Assembly: GCA_030141605.1 (NCBI GenBank)
Contig: JAQGDQ010000081.1
Location: forward strand, 1-64,000
Direction of reading: 5' to 3'
DNA: 64,000 nucleotides
Origin: Tubiluchus corallicola
Lineage: Eukaryota; Animalia; Priapulida
Below, one piece after another: positions 27,001-36,615 of the stretch. Positions within the stretch are counted from its first letter, which is position 1, and each line of letters begins with the position of its first letter. The position numbers and the translations under genes were made by a program. A model generated the notes under the pieces. It had not been told where the DNA came from and did not search any database. It was given only the letters and a program-made list of their open reading frames with translations.

Positions 27001-30000
27001 TTCAGCTATTTGGGTAGTAAGTATGAACTTTACCTTGAGAACATCTTTAATTGTGAAAATATTAAATATTAAATTCACAAATGTTTTGCAGAAATTTTCA
27101 TAAGTTAGCAAATCAGTAACTTCAAACAGTCGCTAAATATAGTGTGCTGTGTTTCTCAGTGTAGAGCTGTTCAGTTGTGACATAATGCTCATGCGTGAGC
27201 ACAGCGATATACTTGAAATGTGAATTTTAAACTTAAAATTTGCTGAGTTTTTGTGTACCACACTGAATGTTGTGCAGTAGCACTGTACTTCAATTTTCAC
27301 TTTGCAAACACGTGCAACGTGCTTATAGAATGTTTGTGCCATTGAAAATTATGTGCATTTGCGATGTCATCACTAGTTTTGCTCATCCAATGTTAATTAA
27401 ATTTTTAACCTATCATTTAATCATCAAAAATGTTTGGCATTATTACAAGTGTTAAGATGTATACTTTTACCGTACTTCAAAATGGAGTAGGATATGAAAA
27501 CTAGTCCTGTATTACCCAAACAATCATAAATCTAAGCAAATTCCGGTTCAGTAAAAAGTACCGTATTTTGTATTTTAACTACAGTCTGGCATTTTGCAGG
27601 CTTTGTGGCGAGGATACCGAGTGAGAAAAACTATTCGCAACAAGCGGATAAAAGCAGCACAGAAGAAAATAAAGCAAGCTAATGAAAATGCTACTGAGGA
27701 AAGAAAACTTTGTAACAGAACAACTACGGCTCTTGACTTTCTGCTGAAATACAAACACTTGTCATCAATACTCGAAGCATTGATACATCTTGGTAATTTA
27801 CTGATGATGCTACTTTAAGCATTAAGACTATAGGTACACTGCATGGCAGAATCCAGCACACAACACCCAGTACTTGAATGGTTTTGGCCAGGACCGGGTT
27901 ACTTTTGGGGTCGCTGAGATAATGAAATTGTGGGCCCCTCTGATACAGAGCCACCCTCTAACTGCCCGCACCCTTTCTAGAATAATTTTTGCTCGTGATG
28001 TATTTTAGCAACATTTACATAACTTGATATAAACTTATTACAAATTCTTTAAATAAACTAGAATAGCTGTCTTGTTTGTTAATAAAATATTGTCTGTACT
28101 AATCTATAGGATATAATCTGGCCCTAGTTCTGGCAGTACTGGAAACTAGGCATTTATCAAAAGCACTCTCTTGGGATAAAGTATTGAACCAACACAAATG
28201 TTTTTTACTTGTTTGCCTACAACAGATATGGATATCTCTCTTAAAGTACAAGAAAACCCTTTACTTACACAAAGCTGTAAACATTTGATATTGAAATCTT
28301 GAAATTCTTTATCTCTTATGTGCTGTCTTATTGTGCACAAAGTTTGTCTTAGCAGCAACACTGTATAGATTTGTAAGTTTAAACTCTCTCGATGGCCATT
28401 AGACGGTAGGTCATTTGAAACAAGTTTAAATAACACTGAGTAAATTTTGAAAATTTAATTGGAGCACACTCTTTGTAAAAAGTACTTTATATTTTCAACA
28501 AGATTAAACATTTGATTTTGGTGAGAGTCAGTTGTGAGTACTGGGAAGGTGATTTTTACTAGGTGATGCGAACATTTCAAATTATCAAATTTTTTTTGCC
28601 AATCACGTACGTCTTTCAAGTAGGTAAGCTTAATGCTAAGCAATATAACTCTGTGTGGAGAGTTTTTAGGACATAGTTTAAAATTGCCTTTTCTCTCTTT
28701 AACAAGAGAAATAGGTTGATTATGTAGTAGGGTGGCTCTTGACGGCAGATTATCCATTTAATGACCAAACTTGACACTACTTAATTTGATAGCTCAGCAC
28801 TTACCCTGTAACCACTCAGCTATTATACCCTTGACAAATAGATAGTTTAAGACTTATTAGATAGATAGAAGTGGCTCTAAAGCATGAAAATGCAGAACTA
28901 ATAAAAACTTAAACAACCCGATGGCTTAGCCAACTTTCAAATAGTAGTTGAAAGCTGAGAGAAACTGTAAATATTGCTAAAATTGAATATTGAATTATCA
29001 GCTCTTGTTTATGACTGAAAAGCTGACTGTCTCTGATTAATCATCGGACACTAACATTTGGCATTGATTAATAAGCTAATTGTCCGTACAAGTTCACTAT
29101 TATTTTTCTTCAGATGCAGCAACAATGTGGTCGCCAGTGTGCTGTCTACGTATAGCGAATGAAAATGCCGTCGAGGTGATTTACACTCTCATTAGAAGAT
29201 GTAACCGCAGCATGCCACACATGGAGATCATACGATACTCTGTCAGCATACTGCTCAATTTAGCAAAAGTTAGTACATGCTTTTATGTGGTATATGCTTT
29301 ACGCCATTGAGAACAGTAGCCGCTGTATCATATTAAATGTTTGGAGATTGAAAAATAGTTAAATTTAGCGTTTTGGTCGTCTAAGTAGTTTTTATAGTTT
29401 ACAAAGGAAGATTTGATATTTGCATTTAAAATGCATTAATTATGCATTTCACGTTTTGATTACATGTTAAGATATTGTATCTAAATTGCCATTGATCATG
29501 ATATTGTATTTTACTGCATCTGTTGATTGCAACACTTAACAAATTATTATGACTGATTTTAAGTATATAAATTTTGAACATAAGCGCCAGCTTTCATTAG
29601 TGGCAAAAATGAATAATACAAAAAAAATTTCGCTGTGTAGACAGTAAAACTATATTTAGTTAATGACTACTGCATTGACCAGCATACCTGTTAAATCAAT
29701 TTATAAATATTATTATTGTAAATTAAGTTGTAATTGTCAAATTCTCACAGTGATACGTCTAATGTAATTCATTGTTTTAGTATGAAGAGACCCTCTGTAG
29801 TGTCAAAGGAGTTCCGGGTAGTATAGAAACGCTTGTGGACTTGCTCCTGATCTACCGTGAAAAAGGTCTGGATATTTTCTCCAGGGTTTGCATGTTATTG
29901 ACAATGATGTGCCACGGCTCAGACGAACAACAGGTAAGTCCACATAGTTCTAAATGTTTCACCAAAAGGTGACGTGCATGAAGTTCACATGTGTAATGAC

Positions 30001-30803
30001 AAATAATCTGAATACAATTCACAACCTAATACTCATACATGAAAATTATACATTTGTAGATATGCAATGTCATATGCCCCTACCTGTATTTTTTAGCCAT
30101 GTGTGATGCAAAAAGAAAACAAGCAAGACAGGTTGATAGAATGACTGACAAATTTTGAAACCAAATTTGATTGAATCCTGCCCCTGGACTTAAATGAGAG
30201 CACTTTGTAGTCTGTCTGGTGTCTTTGGTCACTAGACCACCCGCCCTCTTGTACTTAATGCTAGTTTTAATTCAATTGTTAGAGATCACCAGTTAATCAC
30301 ACAATTCTAAGTGTTATCTTACTCTCTGTACAGTAACACTAACTAATTACTAAACTAGTTATTACATTAAATTACTAAAGCAATTGATACAGTGTGAGTC
30401 TTGTGACCATTAGGTTTGGTTAATACGTTTATGTTTTGCTTTTGGTACACTCATTTCCAGTCTGTTTAATTTGGCTTGGTTGTTTTTACAGTTCATCAAA
30501 GCAGATCCGAAGCTTACCAAACAGTTAATTAGTGTTTACAATCTGACTGCAAGGAAACACAGACTAAACGAGCAACGACAAGCAGCTAGGAAACGAATGT
30601 TGAAAAGTCAAAACTTCTCATACCAGGAATTGAATGAGAGCACTGTACCTCAGCAACGTGTTTACGCTCATCCTCAGTGGGTCCTCGGACACCACAGAGT
30701 TGAAGAGTTATCCGATCCTTACGATGCCATATCATTGTTAATGCATGTTACTAAATTGCTGAATCCACAAGGTACGATACTAAAGAAACATTCATGCATT
30801 TAG
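4227..30803 (+). CDS. ASPM: Abnormal spindle-like microcephaly-associated protein (ASPM/Asp) orthologue, 25 coding exons, ~3573 aa
   Basis: Manual exon chaining with GT-AG sites and consistent phases: 4227-4302,4940-5159,7585-7711,8480-8739,9330-11764,11989-12069,12342-12491,13681-13926,14221-14430,15094-15224,15497-15672,16299-16432,17225-17307,17942-18178,18365-18551,18876-18946,19668-19868,20489-20683,20865-25211,25895-26044,26641-26832,27600-27792,29114-29268,29781-29933,30492-30803 (sum 10722 nt, divisible by 3). Diagnostic ASPM peptides: [93 protein letters not shown], long IQ array, CNRSMPHME. Confidence 0.96.
4940..5159 (+). CDS. ASPM: ASPM exon 2, ASH domain N-half
   Basis: [23 protein letters not shown]...LRNP resembles the start of the ASPM ASH domain; ctag| and |gtaagt. 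Confidence 0.9.
5968..6003. repeat. (TA)n microsatellite
   Basis: Direct observation. Confidence 0.95.
7250..7416 (+). mobile_element. Truncated 3' end of the Helitron-like family (GGTGT satellite + hairpin)
   Basis: Reverse-complement similarity to 60030-60200; gcaaaa...ttttgc hairpin then gtttgtCTAC. Confidence 0.6.
7585..7711 (+). CDS. ASPM: ASPM exon 3, ASH domain C-half
   Basis: [17 protein letters not shown] resembles ASH 'WTPxxEGxVRE'; phase 2 in, phase 0 out. Confidence 0.9.
7930..8470. repeat. Interspersed repeat family A, copy 2
   Basis: Same-orientation similarity to 185-800. Confidence 0.8.
8480..8739 (+). CDS. ASPM: ASPM exon 4
   Basis: Open basic frame between ttacag| and |gtatct; phases fit flanking exons. 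Confidence 0.75.
8850..9250. repeat. Interspersed repeat family B, copy 2 (with internal duplication)
   Basis: Similarity to 2440-2700. Confidence 0.75.
9330..11764 (+). CDS. ASPM: ASPM exon 5, large disordered N-terminal region
   Basis: 824-aa ORF 9337-11811, tttgcag| acceptor, T|gtatgt donor; analogous to large exon 3 of vertebrate ASPM. Confidence 0.9.
10135..10329 (+). repeat. Coding 42-nt (14-aa) tandem repeat in ASPM exon 5
   Basis: gctaaagaagatgtctgtgaccctag.aagac unit, ~4.5 copies ([14 protein letters not shown]). Confidence 0.92.
11989..12069 (+). CDS. ASPM: ASPM exon 6
   Basis: ttacag| ... cag|gtaagc, phase 1-1, open frame. Confidence 0.75.
12342..12491 (+). CDS. ASPM: ASPM exon 7
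   Basis: [19 protein letters not shown]...WLNFVLTP. Confidence 0.95.
13681..13926 (+). CDS. ASPM: ASPM exon 8
   Basis: [12 protein letters not shown]...[11 protein letters not shown]...GRLQIRKD. Confidence 0.93.
14221..14430 (+). CDS. ASPM: ASPM exon 9
   Basis: [18 protein letters not shown]...RLLRNPDI. Confidence 0.95.
15094..15224 (+). CDS. ASPM: ASPM exon 10
   Basis: [17 protein letters not shown]...HDPCLF. Confidence 0.93.
15497..15672 (+). CDS. ASPM: ASPM exon 11
   Basis: [10 protein letters not shown]...[20 protein letters not shown] (CH domain start); AAG acceptor. Confidence 0.92.
16299..16432 (+). CDS. ASPM: ASPM exon 12 (CH domain)
   Basis: [15 protein letters not shown]. Confidence 0.94.
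17225..17307 (+). CDS. ASPM: ASPM exon 13 (CH domain)
   Basis: [15 protein letters not shown]. Confidence 0.94.
17942..18178 (+). CDS. ASPM: ASPM exon 14
   Basis: KLKAEIKFL...[13 protein letters not shown]; AAG acceptor. Confidence 0.9.
18365..18551 (+). CDS. ASPM: ASPM exon 15 (second CH domain)
   Basis: [22 protein letters not shown]. Confidence 0.94.
18876..18946 (+). CDS. ASPM: ASPM exon 16
   Basis: [12 protein letters not shown]; phases fit. Confidence 0.88.
19668..19868 (+). CDS. ASPM: ASPM exon 17
   Basis: LGGVPML...NTIPDEKVV...first IQ motif (IQIAWRKY). Confidence 0.94.
20489..20683 (+). CDS. ASPM: ASPM exon 18 (IQ motifs)
   Basis: [22 protein letters not shown]; phase 0-0. Confidence 0.9.
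20865..25211 (+). CDS. ASPM: ASPM exon 19, giant IQ-repeat exon (~60 IQ motifs)
   Basis: 1451-aa ORF of IQxxxRG repeats; tttag| and AAG|gtacta; 4347 nt. Confidence 0.97.
25895..26044 (+). CDS. ASPM: ASPM exon 20
   Basis: [12 protein letters not shown]...IIYIQ; phase 0-0. Confidence 0.9.
26641..26832 (+). CDS. ASPM: ASPM exon 21
   Basis: RFWRAR...IQ motifs; |gtaagc. Confidence 0.9.
27135..27510. repeat. Interspersed repeat family A, partial copy 3
   Basis: Similarity to the 3' two-thirds of copies 1 and 2. Confidence 0.75.
27600..27792 (+). CDS. ASPM: ASPM exon 22
   Basis: [10 protein letters not shown]...[14 protein letters not shown]. Confidence 0.93.
28745..28825 (-). mobile_element. 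Degenerate tRNA-derived SINE head
   Basis: Minus strand TAGCTGAGTGGTTA A-box-like start; no intact cloverleaf. Confidence 0.35.
29114..29268 (+). CDS. ASPM: ASPM exon 23 (HEAT/ARM-like C-terminus)
   Basis: SPVCC...[15 protein letters not shown]...LLNLAK. Confidence 0.94.
29781..29933 (+). CDS. ASPM: ASPM exon 24
   Basis: YEET...[21 protein letters not shown]. Confidence 0.9.
30170..30250 (-). mobile_element. Degenerate tRNA-derived SINE head
   Basis: Minus strand GGGTGGTCTAGTG A-box-like, degenerate B box. Confidence 0.35.
30492..30803 (+). CDS. ASPM: ASPM terminal coding exon
   Basis: [12 protein letters not shown]...PQWVL...DPYDAI; TAG at 30801-30803. Confidence 0.85.
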   Translation, partial: FIKADPKLTKQLISVYNLTARKHRLNEQRQAARKRMLKSQNFSYQELNESTVPQQRVYAHPQWVLGHHRVEELSDPYDAISLLMHVTKLLNPQGTILKKHSCI

Positions 30804-33800
30804 AAGACTACAGTGGTACAAAAATACTACTGCAATATTTCTAGGCTTATAGAGTTTGCTTCTGTAAAAACAGACATTGCATTTGCTGAATGAACGCATC
30901 TGGGCATACAAGTAGAAACAGAAATTTAGGATTAGAAATTTTTATTTCTACTTCTGCTTCTATGCTCAGACATTTTTTGTTATCTGTTTTTCTTTTTTTT
31001 AAAGATTTGATAGATAAGTAGTCTTTTGTGCAATGTCTTAATATTTTCTAATGGTTGTTTGTTAGATTATGATCTTTATTATACTAGTAAATATTGATTA
31101 TACTATTTCATATCTTATTTCTTCCAAATCTGCTTTTGGTAATATTGTTTGAATTATGTCTGTAAATGCTGCTGTATTCAGCAGTACTTCCGTATAAACA
31201 CTGTATAATAATTTCCTGTCATGCATTATTACTGTTGTAAAATTTCTTAAACAAAAAAAGACCTGCCTCATCTGCACCTGTGGATAGCTGTTCTTCATTA
31301 TGAATAGCTGTATTTTAATATATGGGACGTGTTTTCATGTTTTAGTGAGCACACAAACTTGTCCTTTGTTAATCTGTGAGCAATAATTGTAGACGTAGTG
31401 TTTATTGATTGGCTTTTGTTCATTTTGTAGTAAAAATATCTTTTTTCCTGCGAGTTTCTTGTTTTGTACATTTAGTCATAATACAACAGACCTTCATTAT
31501 GTTCATACTCAACTTCGAATTCACATTTTTTCTTACTTTGTTATAATATTCGCAAGAAAATAATAATTGGAGGCACGGCAAGGCACATACGCAAACCATA
31601 ATAACATATTATGTGAACGATAAGTTCAGAAAAATAACCACAGAAACCCTGAAACAGGTAAGCTTGTGGGTATACTCGACAGGCGTAGTTGGTATCAAAT
31701 GATAAACTAATGACATGACGGTAGTGTAAATTAAACGAATTATTAATTATCTGTGAGCACACCTGCTGTAATACGTGGTTAATGCATCTTGCAGCAAAGC
31801 AAAGATATAAGCAGCAACACTATTTTTAGTAAATTTTAAGGAAAGCTCTCATAATGAACTTGGAAAATCTTCTGTTGATATATTTTACTTGGTTGGAGGC
31901 TGAGATGTGATAAACTACAAGCACTTCGTAATATATGCTTTTATATTTCTTTGACAAACTTTCACAATTAGTTTGTAGTTGTCTAACCGGGCTTTAGATG
32001 TCGCCACGAGTACTGAAATTGAAGACTTCCGAATAATACTATACAAAAATTAATAATACCGTCTAAACAACGTCGTTGTACATGGTTGCAATAGGATCTA
32101 TTGAATAGATTAATTTAAAGTGACTAAGCTGAGGGCTAAAATGTTGTTTAAAAGCCTCCAGTCGTTTTTACATTTTGCAAAATATCTTATTTGCAGTACA
32201 TTAATGATAAACAAATTGGCAGTAAATGCTTGGTTTTGTAAAGAAATTGCGTTGTACATTGATAGTTACTTATTTGTTTGCCTTAAGCGGCTAGACGATT
32301 TGCAGTAGCGTTTGACGAATTAAGATTGCACCTAGAACAGTAACACAAACAACGTTTCGTTTCATAAAATATCTTACGATAAAACGTTTGGCAGGTGTTT
32401 TGGTTTGACTATAGGCTTCTAGCTTTCTACAGAAAGAATTTCTTGTTATTATGAATAATTTTTATTATACAGAAAAGTTATATGTCTTTATGTAAACCTG
32501 CGAAAACTCAAAACAAAGCGGATTTGTAAAAAATAAAGTTTGGTGACGTCAAGCCCAAATTACGAATAAACTTCTTTTCTTTCACGTAAAGTGAACGCTC
32601 GATGTGACCAATCCACAACTAGCTGATACACAAGATCTCTATAACTGAGTGGCTGCGAGGTGTGCTTAGCGACCAAAGTTACATAATGCTGATGAGTTTA
32701 GTTTGATGACAAGTAAATGTTGGATGACCTTCATGAAAATTTGCTGAGGAACGATGCAGAAGTACTTGTTTATTGACCATGCACGCTCAGAATACGGTAC
32801 AAAATGAGACGCTACTTAAATCTTAATCAAGCTTCACACTACAATAATCGGTATTCTGGAACTCGCACTGATCAGAATTAGAAAAATAATTAAGTAAACA
32901 GAAAAAAAACAAGCAAACGTAAAAAAAGAAGGTGAGCAGCTCCTGCGAGTAAAAATAAGCATCACGTTTGATTTCCCCGCACTAGAGCTATAACTTTATA
33001 ACATGCATCAACGTCTGCTTGTTCTAACTCTCTGTAACAGAGCGCATACATTGTAAGAGGCACATCTCTGCCGATTGAGAATTTTCTCTGGAAGCATGGC
33101 TTTCCAGCCTTCTTCATGTCAAAAGCTAGTTTCGAAACAGCCTCGATGGCTATCACGTGCCTCGCTGCTTTTTCAAGGTTTTCTCTTCGTCTTCAGCCCT
33201 TAAAAACTTGCATCTTTATGCATTCCCACTGTATTCGTACGACAGTTTTTTTATGGAATGAAAAACTTTTTTTTGCTTGAGAAGAAATTTGAACAGTAAA
33301 ACCTTTTATTATAAAATGAAACTGCTCTATACTTATTAAACTTTATGTTTATGTTGAATTTGCTGCAGCTAAAACACTGAATTGATCTATACTGTCCTTT
33401 CTAATCTTAATAATTATGCTGACAAGTAATATTTAAATGAAAGCACCGCTGTGTGAACACGCACAGAGTTTCAATCCAATTCTTAAGCATTTTCTATGTA
33501 TTCCGTAAAATGTAATGATATAACGAATTTCGTTGCATTGCCATTGACTGCCTTAATCAAAGTCGCTGAAAATGAATTCATTCTCACTCTATTCACATGA
33601 CGCTAGGTTAAGTTGCAAATTTGTATCTGTTTAATCACTGAATTTAGCTAACTAAGGCCTTTCCAACAAAAATGTTTGACCTTAATGTTTTCAATATGGC
33701 AAATAAAGTGCATTTTCATGCTTGCGATTTGACGTGTGCGAATAAGGAAGGGGTTTGTTTGTTGTACATAATATAACAAAAATAATTAAGTACAACCCAG

Positions 33801-34494
33801 AATAGTCATTTTTCTTAAAACAACTTCAAATCATAAAAAAATTAGAAAATTTACATGAAAATACATCAAAGCCGGGGGTCTATAATTTGCACATGATTAC
33901 AACTTCAAAATCAAAAAAATTTTCTAATAATTGACGTTAATCAGTATATAACTATGAGTCTTAAAATTACTATGGTTTTTTTTTTCTAATCTCAGCGTCA
34001 TCAGTTTATCAGATTTACACATGCCAAAGTCTACCAGTGGTGTCTTTTTCCTGTCTAGAGACTAACTGGGTGGCTCATGTAAACGCTCAAGTAAAAATTT
34101 GAACTATTTACAACAAAGAAACGATTAGTGAGGAACGCAAAGTTACAAACCTGTTTTAATAGCTTGTAAAAAACACTCTTGCAGAACTGGTTCCCAAACA
34201 TTCATTTTTATTATTAGGCTTGTACACTAATACCGAGTGTGTATGAGACTGTATTCGCATCATTTCACTTTTATCGTATAAAACGCTTACATCGTTGGAC
34301 ATTTTTTAGTACTTATAACACTAGCATAGTTCAGTTTTCGCACACGTGTTATGGTCTTCCGTTTTTCTGGTAGGCCACAAAAAGTTAAAATCAGAATTTA
34401 CGTTATCTCAATTTCATTTTGCAGTCCTTCAATAGACGTTAGAGAACTATAATGTAGGTAGAAAAAAATATTTTTTCTACCTACATTATTTTAG

Positions 34495-34517
34495 ATATAT
34501 ATATATATATATATATG
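34495..34517. repeat. (TA)n microsatellite
   Basis: Direct observation. Confidence 0.9.
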
Positions 34518-35580
34518 TATGTATATTAGCAACCCAACTAGTTGACATTTAGACAATTAGCTAAATTGATTCCTGTTACAATAGTGCATTGTTTTTAATT
34601 TCAACGTGTGTGGGTGATGTTGTCTGACCAGAAATTAAAATAAAAATTAATTCTGATAAGGTATAAATTATTTTTTAAAATCTCATAATGCATTAAATAA
34701 ACACAACACATAAGATTAAATTAGTAAATCCGTTTCACAGCGCTGAGTTAAATCAATTAATTTATTATCATAATCGCACGCCTTGACGCAACGGGACTTT
34801 CTTATTAATATTGCAACTAGAATAAACAAAATTCATCACTGTTCTGTTTACCATAGGGGTTTTGTCAATATTTTGATGCTCTAGATAAAAGGAGACGAAA
34901 CTGACTTAACAACAGTAATTGAAGTTTCAAATAACAGACGAAATACATACAACTGTTACTTCCCTACTTTTTATATCAATGACTTCATGTATACAGTTTA
35001 AAATTTTGCATGGCATGCGTTAGATAACGAGTCTATTTACATTGCATTTCTATACAGATTATTACGATGACAATGAGCGCGGGATGCTTCAGTTCTGCAG
35101 GCATGTACACCACAAAACAAAAAACTTACATAATGTACACTGCTAATACTACTGTCATTAAATGGTCATAACATAACAGTCAACTGCATCTGCAAATGGC
35201 CATAACACGCCAGAGAGCTTATAGCAGCGCCATCTGTAAAAATTTGGACTTTTTCTTACTCCGTATGCATTCTTTGCTGGCATTATTTGAACATATAAGG
35301 CATCAGGGAATGTTGTTTACCATGACAGTACTTAGCACAGTTTTTTCGCAAGCTAATTATTCTCGGTCACTAACTTAGAACGCCTTCTTGTAGATGCTAC
35401 TTGCGTTGCTAATATCGGTCAGTAGTTCTTTCTTTTGAGCACTTGAAACAAGCCAAACACTAGAAGTTATTGTGCTTTCCTGTAATCCCGAAACTCGTTT
35501 CAAATTCTTTTGGACATTTAAACACACATAGTAAAAATTATTGAAGGTTAAAACGTCTAAGCAAGGTTAATACTAATGAG

Positions 35581-36615
35581 TCAGACATTTGCAAAGATGG
35601 CGCTGTATTTGTCATTTGCCGCCATTTCCCCGCCCGTGCTCTCAACCACTTGAAGAATGTCTCTAAGAGATTCAAACCTTTCCATATCCGACAATTCTAA
35701 ACTTGTAATATGCTGGAAACAGCAAGGACTAGAAATCTCCTCTTTTCGAGGAAGAACAAAGCTCTGTGTCTTCCTGGATCTCTTCTGTTTCTTGGCATTC
35801 ACTAGCTTCAAGGCTGGATCACTGGGGTTGGATGTTAACATTTGAACTATTGAATGAAATTTGTCTGCTGATGGGACATCAGAAAATTTCAGTCCAAACA
35901 GTTTTCTGTGGTTAGTTGAACAGAACATTGTGTGGTAATCTGGCTTCACAAGTTTATAATTTGACAGGTTGTCCACTCTGTCTTTCCACAGTCGAAAACC
36001 AGTGCCTCTTTCAGCCACAATGAGTTGTAGATGTCGCTCTCGGCGTGCAAGTGACTCACCAGTGTTGAGGACAAGAACAGGCACACCTGTGCACACAGGA
36101 ACAACGTTTTCTGCATCTACTTCTGGCTGATTGAAGTCACAGTCGTATAACTTACATTCACAACCACATACAAATACTTGTGTTTTGTTGCTTGAGTAAA
36201 AGACTTCAATTTGAGTTACTTCATAATCATCTAGCTTAGCAGGAGGCTTCAGACTCACTGGTTCTGATATTTGTTCGTATAACGGTTCTCGAGTGAGTTC
36301 TTTGTCAACTCCAGGTTGGTTTGTTTCTAGTCCAGCTACTGGTTCATAATTTGGATCACCACATGTTTCAGATTTAGCAGGTACTGACTCATATTTTTCG
36401 TCGTCCTCTTCTGTTATTGTTTGGACTTGATCTGAATCCGGTTTACTTCTACCAAGTGTGTCGTATTTTTCTGTGATTGACTTGATGGATGATTTTTCCA
36501 AGTTTGATCGATTGTATATGTCTGCAGATGCGTATATAATTATCTCGTCAACGCTTTTGGTTTTAGGGGGAATAATTTCCCGGGACCGTCGAGGCCCAAA
36601 ACTCTCCATGCGCAT
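35581..36615 (-). CDS. WH1/EVH1-like + CRIB-like domain protein (MESR3-like family), single coding exon, 344 aa
   Basis: Long ORF; TGVPVLVLNTGE..RRERHLQLIVAERGTGFRLWKDRVDNLSNY...HTM...FGLKF WH1-like fold; basic stretch then ISSPCCFQHITSL CRIB-like motif; ccag acceptor 59 nt upstream of the ATG with an in-frame stop in between. Confidence 0.85.
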   Translation of the reverse strand: MRMESFGPRRSREIIPPKTKSVDEIIIYASADIYNRSNLEKSSIKSITEKYDTLGRSKPDSDQVQTITEEDDEKYESVPAKSETCGDPNYEPVAGLETNQPGVDKELTREPLYEQISEPVSLKPPAKLDDYEVTQIEVFYSSNKTQVFVCGCECKLYDCDFNQPEVDAENVVPVCTGVPVLVLNTGESLARRERHLQLIVAERGTGFRLWKDRVDNLSNYKLVKPDYHTMFCSTNHRKLFGLKFSDVPSADKFHSIVQMLTSNPSDPALKLVNAKKQKRSRKTQSFVLPRKEEISSPCCFQHITSLELSDMERFESLRDILQVVESTGGEMAANDKYSAIFANV

